Assembly (NCBI GenBank): GCA_965243025.1
Contig: CBDETY010000003.1
Location: 448,001-512,000 of the forward strand
Source of the DNA: Candidatus Latescibacterota bacterium
Lineage (GTDB): Bacteria; Latescibacterota; UBA2968; UBA8231
Direction: 5' to 3'
Length of the DNA: 64,000 nt
Below the pieces are notes generated by a model that was given only the letters and a program-made list of their open reading frames with translations, did no database searches and was not told where the DNA came from. Below, piece by piece: positions 50,090-58,113 of the stretch. The translations under genes were made by a program, and so were the position numbers. The first letter of the stretch is position 1. Every line of letters begins with the position of its first letter.

Positions 50090-51073
50090 ATGACTCGTCT
50101 TCGTATCCGGAAGCATTTGAATGCCAGTTTGGTCCTGCTTCTATGGTTGGCAATATCTGCCGGCCTGTCTGCCCGGGCAGGGGCCCACCTCGGAGACCGC
50201 GTGTACCCGGTTACCTACCTCAGCGACGAAATGCTGGAAAGGATCGATCTCAAGGACGGGTTGGTGGACGAGTGGTACGAGTTGGTCGGCGAGCCCTCCA
50301 TGACCCTGCTGGATTTCACGGGAGAAGAGCCGCATTCGCCTCCTTTGCCACCAGATCCTTCCGACCTGGACTTCCGCATCTGGCTGGCCTGGCACGACGA
50401 GCCTGCCCGTCTCTATGTCGCCTTCGTGGCCAGCGATGACGTGTACGAGAACACCCATGACTACAGCAGTTCTCCACACTTGCATTTACATGACAGCATC
50501 ATGTTGGCGATCGACGGAGACCATAGCGGCGGTGCCGGCTCTAGGAACGGTACGCCGCTGGAAGAGGTTATCGAGATTCAAGGGCAAGCTCCGGATTACG
50601 AGGCTATTTCCCGCACCGTCAGCGGTCCGACCCTGAATAATGGGCTGTATAGATTCCAGAAGAAACAGACTTTATGGACGACCGTGCCTCCCTATGGGGA
50701 CAGCGGCGGCGGCGCGGCCGGAGAAGCCCCGGTCATCTGGGTGATCGAGCTGTACGTGACGCCGTTCGACCGCTGGGGAGAAACGTGGGGAAGCCCCGAG
50801 GGGAGCGTGGTCAGCCATTTTGCCGCAGGAAAAGTGATCGGTTTCTCGGTGGTAGTGCTCGACCATGACCCGCCTGCATATGATTCCCAGAATTGGGCTG
50901 TCCAAGTCCGGCAGTCAGACGATTCCGACTCCCCGCTCTGGAACATATTTCGCAATCGGGCGGATTCCTTTCTCGACGGGCTGCTGCTGCCCGCCGATCC
51001 GGCTGGACCGGGTGACAGCGCGGTGGAGTCGGTTTCCTGGGGGCGGATCAAGGCCTCCCTGGTGATTGAGTAG
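50090..51073 (+). CDS. CBM9/DOMON-like protein, tandem copy 4 (mosaic of copies 1 and 2)
   Basis: AGA|HLGDRVYPVTY; near-identical to copy 1 apart from the signal peptide and a GTPLEEVIEIQ...GLYRF patch matching copy 2. Confidence 0.83.
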   Translation: MTRLRIRKHLNASLVLLLWLAISAGLSARAGAHLGDRVYPVTYLSDEMLERIDLKDGLVDEWYELVGEPSMTLLDFTGEEPHSPPLPPDPSDLDFRIWLAWHDEPARLYVAFVASDDVYENTHDYSSSPHLHLHDSIMLAIDGDHSGGAGSRNGTPLEEVIEIQGQAPDYEAISRTVSGPTLNNGLYRFQKKQTLWTTVPPYGDSGGGAAGEAPVIWVIELYVTPFDRWGETWGSPEGSVVSHFAAGKVIGFSVVVLDHDPPAYDSQNWAVQVRQSDDSDSPLWNIFRNRADSFLDGLLLPADPAGPGDSAVESVSWGRIKASLVIE

Positions 51074-51196
51074 CCGGCCGCGGGGCTGGCTTCACCAGCC
51101 TTGTTTCCTGGCTCCAGCTCCCCGGTCTATCAGGGTGGTTCACGCTGTTCCGGCCTCATCATCCGGGGTTTTCACAAGATGGGAAACTACTGTCCC

Positions 51197-52135
51197 ATGC
51201 CTCCTCCCACACTGACGGTCTTTCTGTCCCTCTGTTCACTCCTCTGGCAGAATCCCGTCGGGGCCCACGACCTGGAGGGGAGTGTCTATCGCATGTCCCG
51301 GGACGGATCCTCCGTCGAGCGCATTTCCGCCGAGAAGCCGGGATGGGTGACTGTCAGCCCGCGTTGGGCCCCGGACGGCCGGCGCATCCTGTACGTCGCC
51401 CAGTCCGGGGACAGAGTAGAGTTCCACGTGGTGTCAGCGACCGGAAAAAAACTGATGAGGGTGAAGGTGCCGGCGCATATAACCAGCGTGGCCGGCGTCT
51501 CCTGGTTGCCGGACGGGGAGGCAATCGCCTTAGCCGGCAAGACCGCGGGGGAATCGTACGACATCTACGTCGCGAAGCTGGGTGCCGGAGAACCGAAGAT
51601 CAGGCTGGTCGTGTCGGACGCCATCCAGCCGGCCTGGGGGCCCGACGGGAAACGCGTCGCTTTCACCACTTTCCGCGACGGCAATCTCGAGGTGTACGTT
51701 GCCGATACCGACGGCCGCAACCTGCGCAACCTGACCCGGCACGAGGGGAACGACGCGCGTCCGGCGTGGTCCCCGGACGGCCGCCGCATCGCCTTCGAGA
51801 GCGACCGCTTCGGAAATCTCGAGGTCTGTATCGCAGAGGCAGTCAGCGGGGAGGTGATCAACCTCAGCAATCACCCCGGCCAGGACCGGGAGCCGTCCTG
51901 GTCCGGCGACGGCAGGGAAATCGCCTTCGTTTCAGGCCGGGACTGGAACGACCATATCTACCGCATGGCGGTTGACGGAACGGGCCTCACCAGATTGACC
52001 GCGGAGTACGTCACGGACCGGGAGCCGGCCTGGTCCCCGGATGGCGAGAGCATATGCTTCGTTTCCAACCGGCCGGAACCTTTCCCTGATAAACTGAGCC
52101 GCTGGTTCAGCGGCTTGCTGGCGGACTGGCAGTAA
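51197..52135 (+). CDS. Stand-alone TolB-like PD40 beta-propeller
   Basis: Signal ..PVGA|HDLEGSVY and six P.W.PDG-type blades; start could be 51179. Confidence 0.85.
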   Translation: MPPPTLTVFLSLCSLLWQNPVGAHDLEGSVYRMSRDGSSVERISAEKPGWVTVSPRWAPDGRRILYVAQSGDRVEFHVVSATGKKLMRVKVPAHITSVAGVSWLPDGEAIALAGKTAGESYDIYVAKLGAGEPKIRLVVSDAIQPAWGPDGKRVAFTTFRDGNLEVYVADTDGRNLRNLTRHEGNDARPAWSPDGRRIAFESDRFGNLEVCIAEAVSGEVINLSNHPGQDREPSWSGDGREIAFVSGRDWNDHIYRMAVDGTGLTRLTAEYVTDREPAWSPDGESICFVSNRPEPFPDKLSRWFSGLLADWQ

Positions 52136-52236
52136 AAGCGGGCGAAACCGTTGATCCGCGCTTGCCCCGCTTTGCCCGGCCGGACCGGAAGGCACCGCGG
52201 CGGAGTCGGGCAGGGCCGCCAGGACCGCTTCCGCTT

Positions 52237-55200
52237 CTACGGTTTTTTCAGCTTGTAGACCCGCATCCGGGAACGCAGCCGCTCCGGATTCATACCCAGC
52301 AAGGCGGCCGCGCCCCTCTTCCCGGAGATGACCCAATTGGTTGCCTTCAGGGCTTCGAGGATTTGCTGTTTTTCGGACTTGAAGACCGGGCGGGCCTGGT
52401 TCTCCTTCCCCTGAACGACCGGCGGGGTCGACGCCGGCGACGAAGATCCGCCTTCGTACAGGTCATCATCCGGAAGCACGTCCTCCAGGTCCACGACGTG
52501 ATTCCGGCACACGATCAGCGCCCGCTGCATCACGTGCTCCAGCTCGCGCACGTTCCCCGGCCAGGCATGCTCCTGAAGGTGCCTCGACGCCTCGGGACTG
52601 ATAACCGGCACCGGGCGCTCCAACTCCCCGGCAAACCGGCTCGCGAAGTAGGCGGCGAGGAACGGTATTTCCTCCCGGCGGTCCCGCAGGGCCGGGATTT
52701 TCACCGGGAACACGTTCAGGCGGTAGAACAGGTCTTCCCGGAACGTCCCCCGGTCCATGGCTTCCTGCAAATCCCGGTTGGTCGCCGCAACCACCCGGAC
52801 ATCCACCTCGACGGGGGTCTCACCGCCGACGCGTGTCAGGCGGCCCTCCTCCAGAACCCCGAGCAGCACCCTTTGGGCCTCCGAGGGGAGGTCGCCGACT
52901 TCATCGAGGAACAGGGTGCCCCCGTGCGCCTGTTCGAAGCGGCCTTTCCTTCGTTCCACCGCATTGGTGAAGGCCCCCTTTTCGTGGCCGAACAGTTCGC
53001 TTTCCACCAGCCCCGGGGGCAGGCCCCCGCAGTTGACCGGCACGAAGGGGTGCCTCTGCCGCGGGCTCACGGCGTGAATGTGCTGCGCGAGCACCCCCTT
53101 GCCCACCCCGGTCTCGCCCAGGATCAGCACCATCGCATCGGTCCCGGCCACCTGTCCGGCCAGTTTCAGGACCCGGGACATGACCGGACTGTTTCTGAGC
53201 ATGTCCTGCTGCGAGGTCCACGGCATGTGCTCCAGGGCCGGGCCGGGTGCGCTTTGCTCCCCCGCGACCGCCTCCACCTCCAGGCTGACCGCGTCCGACA
53301 TCAGGCCGTCGCGGTCCCGGGTGCGCACCTCGAAGCGGAACCGGCCGGCAGGCAGACCCGAGAACGAGACCGAATCGGCGGGGGTGAATTCGCTCCAGGC
53401 TTCGGCCGGGCCATGACCGGCGAGCCGGTGGCTGTAGCGCATCTGATCCGCCCCGGTTCGGAAACCGATGCCCTGAAACGCGATTCGAAGCTCGCGGGTG
53501 CCGGCCGGAAAGGACACGACGGCCCTGGGGTGCTTGAACAGCCGTCCGGCCTCGGCCTCGCGGATCACCAGGGCCGGAGGGATGCGGCCGGGCTGGTACT
53601 CGATGAGCCCGGCACGCGTGCCGAACCACAGCCGGCCGTCGCTGCCGCGAAGGATCGCCTCGACCGCGTTCTCGAGGCCGGCGTTCCCCAGGCGGAAGGT
53701 CTGGAACGCATGCCCGTCGTACTTCAGCACCCCCCCGCCGCTCGTGCCGACCCACAGACAGTCCTGCCCCGGGTCGGCCAGCAGACAGAGAATGCCGTTG
53801 ACGGACAACTCCCCCCGGTCCACGGTAAACCGGCGAACTTCCCGGGTGGAGGAATCCAGCACGAACAGGCCGCTGTTGGCCGTGCCCACCCAGAGGCGGT
53901 CCTGGTGCTCGCACAAGGCCGTCACGTCAGACACGGCCTCCAACCCGGCCAGGGCCGGCGGCTGCAAGCGGCCGTCCTCGTACCGGTACAGCGCCGGTCC
54001 GGGCCCCCCGGTACCGATCCAGAAGGCGCCGTCCCGGGCCGGCAGCACGGCGCGGCACTCGTAGGGCAGCTCTTCTGCCACCGGGTTGAACCGGTCGGCT
54101 TCCACCCGCCCCAGGCGCCCCCGGGAGGTGCCGGCCCACACACGCCCGCGCCCGTCCGCGCACAGGGCCGTGATCTCTTCCCCGAAGTTCGCCCCGGCCA
54201 CCTCGACCGCCTGGATTTCTTTCCCCGTCCGTTTGAAAACCTGGCCCTCGGGGCCGCCCCAGACCGCCCCAGGACCGTCTACCGCCAGCGCCGAGACCGT
54301 ATGCCCGGCATTGACCGTGCGGATGCAGTCGTCCTCTTCCAGGCAGGCCAGGCCTCCCATGGTCCCGATCCACACCCGCCCCCGCCCGTCTTCGTCCAGG
54401 CGCCGGATCTCGTTGTCGGGCAGACCGTCCGCTTCCGTGTACAACTGCACGCTGACCGGATCGCAGAAGAGCAGCCCGCCGCCCCACAGTCCTATCCAGA
54501 TGTTTCCCTCGCGGTCCTCGCAGGTCAGTCTCGTGTCCGAAAAATGGGTGCCCTGCAAACGGGCCGAAAACGGGTGCCAGGCCTGCCCGTCGTACACCAG
54601 GACTCCCCGGCGAGCCATCCACAGCCAGCCCCGGTCGTCCAGGCGCACGTGCCGCGTGCCGTGCTCGACGACTTCACCGCGCTCGACCTCATGGTCCACC
54701 TCGATCAGGTCGAGCTGTTGGCGCCGGGGATCGTAGCGGCCGACCACGGCTTCGCGGCCCACGTAGCGGAAGGCGATCCACAGACTGCCGGAGGCGTCCG
54801 GGGCGAACTTCCAGGGCCACTGCATGGCTGTTTCCCCGGTGCCCGGATGCCCGTTCATGGGCTGCCCTTCCAGGTCGATGATCCCCCGCTCCCGCGACGC
54901 CAGCCACGTCGTACCCGCCGCGTCGGTAGCCATGTCGTACACCGCTCCGAGGGATTGGCCGGCCACGTCCGTCAGCGGCTCCAGACACCGCCCCTCGACA
55001 AAGCGGGCGATCCCGTTTCCGGTCAGCACCTGTACCGAGCCGTCCGCCTGGGGGTACAGGCTCAATATGTCGTTGGAGGGCAGTCCGTCCGCGGTGGTGT
55101 ACACCTGGAACCCCTGCCCGTCGAAGGCGGCCAGCCCGCCCCCGAGAGTGCCGAACAACAGGCGCCCGTCCTCGTCCTCGGCAATGGTCATCGCGTTGAG

Positions 55201-55440
55201 ATGGGGAAGCCCGTTCGAGGGGCCGAAGGTCTCGAACCGGGCCCCGTCGAAGCGGCTGACCCCGCCGTCGGCGGTGGCGATCCAGAGGAGCCCCCGGCGG
55301 TCCTGGTAGATGTCTTCCACGTGCATCCCGGCCAGCCCGTCGAAGACCGTGTACTGGCGCCCGAGGATGTGGTCGAAAGCCCGCCGTTCCGGGAGCCGGA
55401 AGGAGGGGTCACGGGGTTGGGGACCTTGGCTCATTTTCAT
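52237..55440 (-). CDS. Sigma-54 enhancer-binding protein with N-terminal Reg_prop beta-propellers and Y_Y_Y domain
   Basis: Repeated D..G.LWIGT.GG blades, YSHRLAG..F.GLPAGRFRFEVR, Walker A GETGVGK, ESELFGHEKGAFTNA, LFLDEVG, FREDLFYRL, WPGNVREL and a Fis-type HTH; AGAGGA RBS before ATG 55440. Confidence 0.9.
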   Translation of the reverse strand: MKMSQGPQPRDPSFRLPERRAFDHILGRQYTVFDGLAGMHVEDIYQDRRGLLWIATADGGVSRFDGARFETFGPSNGLPHLNAMTIAEDEDGRLLFGTLGGGLAAFDGQGFQVYTTADGLPSNDILSLYPQADGSVQVLTGNGIARFVEGRCLEPLTDVAGQSLGAVYDMATDAAGTTWLASRERGIIDLEGQPMNGHPGTGETAMQWPWKFAPDASGSLWIAFRYVGREAVVGRYDPRRQQLDLIEVDHEVERGEVVEHGTRHVRLDDRGWLWMARRGVLVYDGQAWHPFSARLQGTHFSDTRLTCEDREGNIWIGLWGGGLLFCDPVSVQLYTEADGLPDNEIRRLDEDGRGRVWIGTMGGLACLEEDDCIRTVNAGHTVSALAVDGPGAVWGGPEGQVFKRTGKEIQAVEVAGANFGEEITALCADGRGRVWAGTSRGRLGRVEADRFNPVAEELPYECRAVLPARDGAFWIGTGGPGPALYRYEDGRLQPPALAGLEAVSDVTALCEHQDRLWVGTANSGLFVLDSSTREVRRFTVDRGELSVNGILCLLADPGQDCLWVGTSGGGVLKYDGHAFQTFRLGNAGLENAVEAILRGSDGRLWFGTRAGLIEYQPGRIPPALVIREAEAGRLFKHPRAVVSFPAGTRELRIAFQGIGFRTGADQMRYSHRLAGHGPAEAWSEFTPADSVSFSGLPAGRFRFEVRTRDRDGLMSDAVSLEVEAVAGEQSAPGPALEHMPWTSQQDMLRNSPVMSRVLKLAGQVAGTDAMVLILGETGVGKGVLAQHIHAVSPRQRHPFVPVNCGGLPPGLVESELFGHEKGAFTNAVERRKGRFEQAHGGTLFLDEVGDLPSEAQRVLLGVLEEGRLTRVGGETPVEVDVRVVAATNRDLQEAMDRGTFREDLFYRLNVFPVKIPALRDRREEIPFLAAYFASRFAGELERPVPVISPEASRHLQEHAWPGNVRELEHVMQRALIVCRNHVVDLEDVLPDDDLYEGGSSSPASTPPVVQGKENQARPVFKSEKQQILEALKATNWVISGKRGAAALLGMNPERLRSRMRVYKLKKP

Positions 55441-55562
55441 CTTCGACTTCGTCCTCTTTTGGGGAAGCAAGGAGGTGGGATCGCTGATCGATGGCGGTAC
55501 CTGCATGAGATGAAGAGAAGCGGGACCAACCGGCCCCGACCTCTCGGGGAAATCGTGAAGTT

Positions 55563-55611
55563 GTATTAAATACAAAAATTCGTATTAAATACAAAAAATG
55601 GTATTTAATAC
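55563..55611. promoter_or_regulatory. Triple GTATTWAATAC palindromic box (putative enhancer/UAS), site B
   Basis: Boxes at 55563, 55582 and 55601, 19-bp period; lies between the divergent activator gene and promoter B. Confidence 0.8.
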
Positions 55612-55694
55612 AACGAGGCTCGGGGGAAGCCGATGGCGACAAGAACGGGGCGAAGGCGGAAAAAAATAAAATGTGCTGCTATAAGCCCGAGACT

Positions 55695-55707
55695 AAACAA
55701 CAGGTTA
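55695..55707 (+). promoter_or_regulatory. Possible IHF site
   Basis: AAACAACAGGTTA has one mismatch to WATCAANNNNTTR, with an upstream A-tract, between the boxes and the -24/-12. Confidence 0.4.
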
Positions 55708-55747
55708 TGTCCAAAAGGAACAAATTGATGGAGCCGCGGCCCATGTA

Positions 55748-55764
55748 CAGGCACCCCTTTTGCA
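55748..55764 (+). promoter_or_regulatory. Sigma-54 -24/-12 promoter B
   Basis: caGGcaccccttttGCa is GG-N10-GC; flanks resemble promoter A. Confidence 0.8.
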
Positions 55765-55925
55765 GCTTCTCTGGGTGGACCGGGGTAGCGAACAGGCGCT
55801 ACCCCGAAAAACAAATTCTTGAAGAAGAGAAGATGAAGGCCAACCCGTACCGTTCAGGAAACCGGCAGAAAAGAAGCCCTGCCGAGCCTCCTGACGGGCA
55901 GAACAAGGGAAAGGAAAGGATACAG

Positions 55926-56927
55926 ATGCCTCCTTTTCGCATCGGAACTCATTGGAGCATGGCCCTCGGCCTGTTCGTCGGGTCGGCCCTGTCGGCCGGC
56001 CTGGCTGACCAGGCAGGCGCCCACGTCGGCAGTCGAGTCTTCCCGATCCCCGAGCTGACCGACGAGATGCTGGCCGGGATCGAGCTCGACGGCTATGTGT
56101 ACGAGGAGTGGTTCGATCAGATCGGCGAACCTGCCCTGACCTCGGTGGATTTCCTCACTACCGGGAAAGAACCACATGATCCGGCCGACATGGACTTCCG
56201 CATCTGGCTGGCCTGGCACGATGAGCCGGCTCGCCTCTATGTGGCCTTCGTGGCTGCCGATGACAATTACTGGAATACCTTTGACTATGATGCCACGGAG
56301 CCTACAAATAGAATGCTGTCGGGTGTGCGAGGTGGCAACGACGGCATTGCCCTCGGTGTCGACGGAGATCACAGCGGCGGTCCCGGGTTTGCAGGATGGA
56401 TGGGGCGGGATAGAATCGCGGAGAGCAGGGGGAATGCGCAGGCATATCATGCCGTTTCCCACACCCCTTCCGGACCGATCCTGGATGACCCGAAGTCCAG
56501 ACACAGGGCCAAGGTCTTCTCCTGGATGACCCTGCCGCCCTACGCGGAGGCCGCCGGCAAGGTAGTCGGGGAAGGGCCCGTCATCTGGTCGATGGAGCTG
56601 TACGTCACGCCGTTCGACCACAGGGAAAGCCTGACCAGTCCCGAGGGGTCCGTGGTGAGCGATCTGAGCGCGGGACAGATCATCGGCTTCGTGATTGGCG
56701 TGTACGAGAATGACGCGGGGGATCCTCATGAGCAGTTGGCGGTGTTGGCACCGGAAGCGCATGCCACGGGTTCCGATAGTGAAATTCTCGACGACGTAAT
56801 TGATTCTGTCGCCGACAACTTCCTCGATGGGCTGCTGCTGCCGGCCGGCGCGGCCGGACCGGTGGAAGACAGCGCGGTCGAGTCGGTTTCCTGGGGGCGG
56901 ATCAAGGCCTCCCTGGAGTTGGAGTAG
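55926..56927 (+). CDS. CBM9/DOMON-like protein with SWGRIKASL tail
   Basis: AAGGA RBS; AGA|HVGSRVFP, DFRIWLAWHDEP and SAVESVSWGRIKASLELE. Confidence 0.82.
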   Translation: MPPFRIGTHWSMALGLFVGSALSAGLADQAGAHVGSRVFPIPELTDEMLAGIELDGYVYEEWFDQIGEPALTSVDFLTTGKEPHDPADMDFRIWLAWHDEPARLYVAFVAADDNYWNTFDYDATEPTNRMLSGVRGGNDGIALGVDGDHSGGPGFAGWMGRDRIAESRGNAQAYHAVSHTPSGPILDDPKSRHRAKVFSWMTLPPYAEAAGKVVGEGPVIWSMELYVTPFDHRESLTSPEGSVVSDLSAGQIIGFVIGVYENDAGDPHEQLAVLAPEAHATGSDSEILDDVIDSVADNFLDGLLLPAGAAGPVEDSAVESVSWGRIKASLELE

Positions 56928-56999
56928 TCCGCGTAAGGTGTCACCCTGCGGGGGCCTTCCCTGTCGAGCCCATGTCGGGGGAACCAGAGGAGGAGACAG

Positions 57000-57965
57000 A
57001 TGCCCCCTTTTTGCACCAGGAAGCAGAGGAGCACGGCCCTCGGCCTGCTCGTCGGGACGGCCCTGTGGGCCGGCCTGTCTGCCCAAGCAGAAGCCCATGC
57101 CGGCGGTCGACTGTTCCCGATCGCCGAGCTGACCGACGAGATGCTGGCCGCGATTCAGCTTCACGACGGTTCGGTGGCCGAGTGGTTCGATCTCGTGGGC
57201 GAACCCACCATGTCCCTGGTGGATTTCAGAAGAGACTTCGATCACGGCTTACCCGATCCATCCGACCTGGACTTCCGCATATGGCTGGCCTGGCACGATG
57301 AGCCGGACCGGCTCTATGTCGCCTTCGCGGCCAGCGATGACGTGCACACCATACCTCAACGGAGATCGGGCTTCCCTACCGAACTCACCCTGGCTATCGA
57401 CGCAGATCACAGCGGCGGTGGGCTTAACTTGGAATCTTGGGAAACGAGGGGTTTTTGGGGGGAATCGCAACAATACGGGGCAATAGCCCGTACGGCCAGT
57501 GGCCGCACTGCGTTGTATGGCTATTTCACGTCCGGCTTGAGTCGCGGGTACTCAATAGAAACCAAGGAGGATTCCTGGATGTTCTTTCCTCCCTACGCAG
57601 ACGCAGGCGGTGGCGTCGCCGGGGAAAACCCGATCATCAGGGTAATCGAGCTGTACGTCACTCCATACGACAGTTGGCAGGGACCCGACAGTCGGCCTGA
57701 AGACGTCGCAGTCAGCGATCTGACGTCAGGAAAGGTCATAGGCTTTGCGATCCTCGTTTGGGAAAACGATGGCGAAGGTCGGTTCTCCTTGGGACCTGAA
57801 GCAGTTCAGAGTGAAGACCCGGAAGTAGACCTGCTATACCGTTACCGGGCGGAGCTCTACCTCGATGGGCTGCTGCTGCCGGCCGGCGCGGCCGGACCGG
57901 TGGAAGACAGCGCGGTCGAGTCGGTTTCCTGGGGGCGGATCAAGGCCTCCCTGGAGTTGGAGTAG
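57000..57965 (+). CDS. CBM9/DOMON-like protein with SWGRIKASL tail
   Basis: AEA|HAGGRLFP; the last about 105 nt are identical to those of 55926-56927. Confidence 0.82.
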   Translation: MPPFCTRKQRSTALGLLVGTALWAGLSAQAEAHAGGRLFPIAELTDEMLAAIQLHDGSVAEWFDLVGEPTMSLVDFRRDFDHGLPDPSDLDFRIWLAWHDEPDRLYVAFAASDDVHTIPQRRSGFPTELTLAIDADHSGGGLNLESWETRGFWGESQQYGAIARTASGRTALYGYFTSGLSRGYSIETKEDSWMFFPPYADAGGGVAGENPIIRVIELYVTPYDSWQGPDSRPEDVAVSDLTSGKVIGFAILVWENDGEGRFSLGPEAVQSEDPEVDLLYRYRAELYLDGLLLPAGAAGPVEDSAVESVSWGRIKASLELE

Positions 57966-58113
57966 TCCGCAGGCGCATCGGCTCCGCTTCCCCAGGATGA
58001 GCAGCCGCCATTAGACCTGATCGCCGTTCAAGCGAAAAGCCTCGACGTCGACCGGGTCTGCCGCCCCCGCAGCCTGAGAGACCTCCGGTGCCGGGGCGCC
58101 CGCTCGCTGGGAC

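Larger units (their letters stand above)
46935..51073 (+). repeat. Tandem array of four about 1.05-kb gene units
   Basis: Identical 3' ends (tttctcgacgggctgctgctg...ctggtgattgagta) and near-identical 74-bp spacers before copies 2-4. Confidence 0.93.

Noticed and set aside
46935-51073. Diversity-generating retroelement behind the variable copies
   Set aside because: No reverse transcriptase or non-coding template repeat is seen; differences are block-wise with indels, not adenine-specific.
52162-55569. Long antisense or alternate-frame ORFs (also 1427-3826, 24696-27419, 26909-30100, 29956-31971, 31923-34163)
   Set aside because: Shadow ORFs of well-supported genes in high-GC DNA with no recognisable motifs.
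55441-55575. N-terminal extension of the sigma-54 activator to 55575
   Set aside because: It starts inside the GTATTAAATAC boxes without an RBS; ATG 55440 has an AGAGGA RBS.
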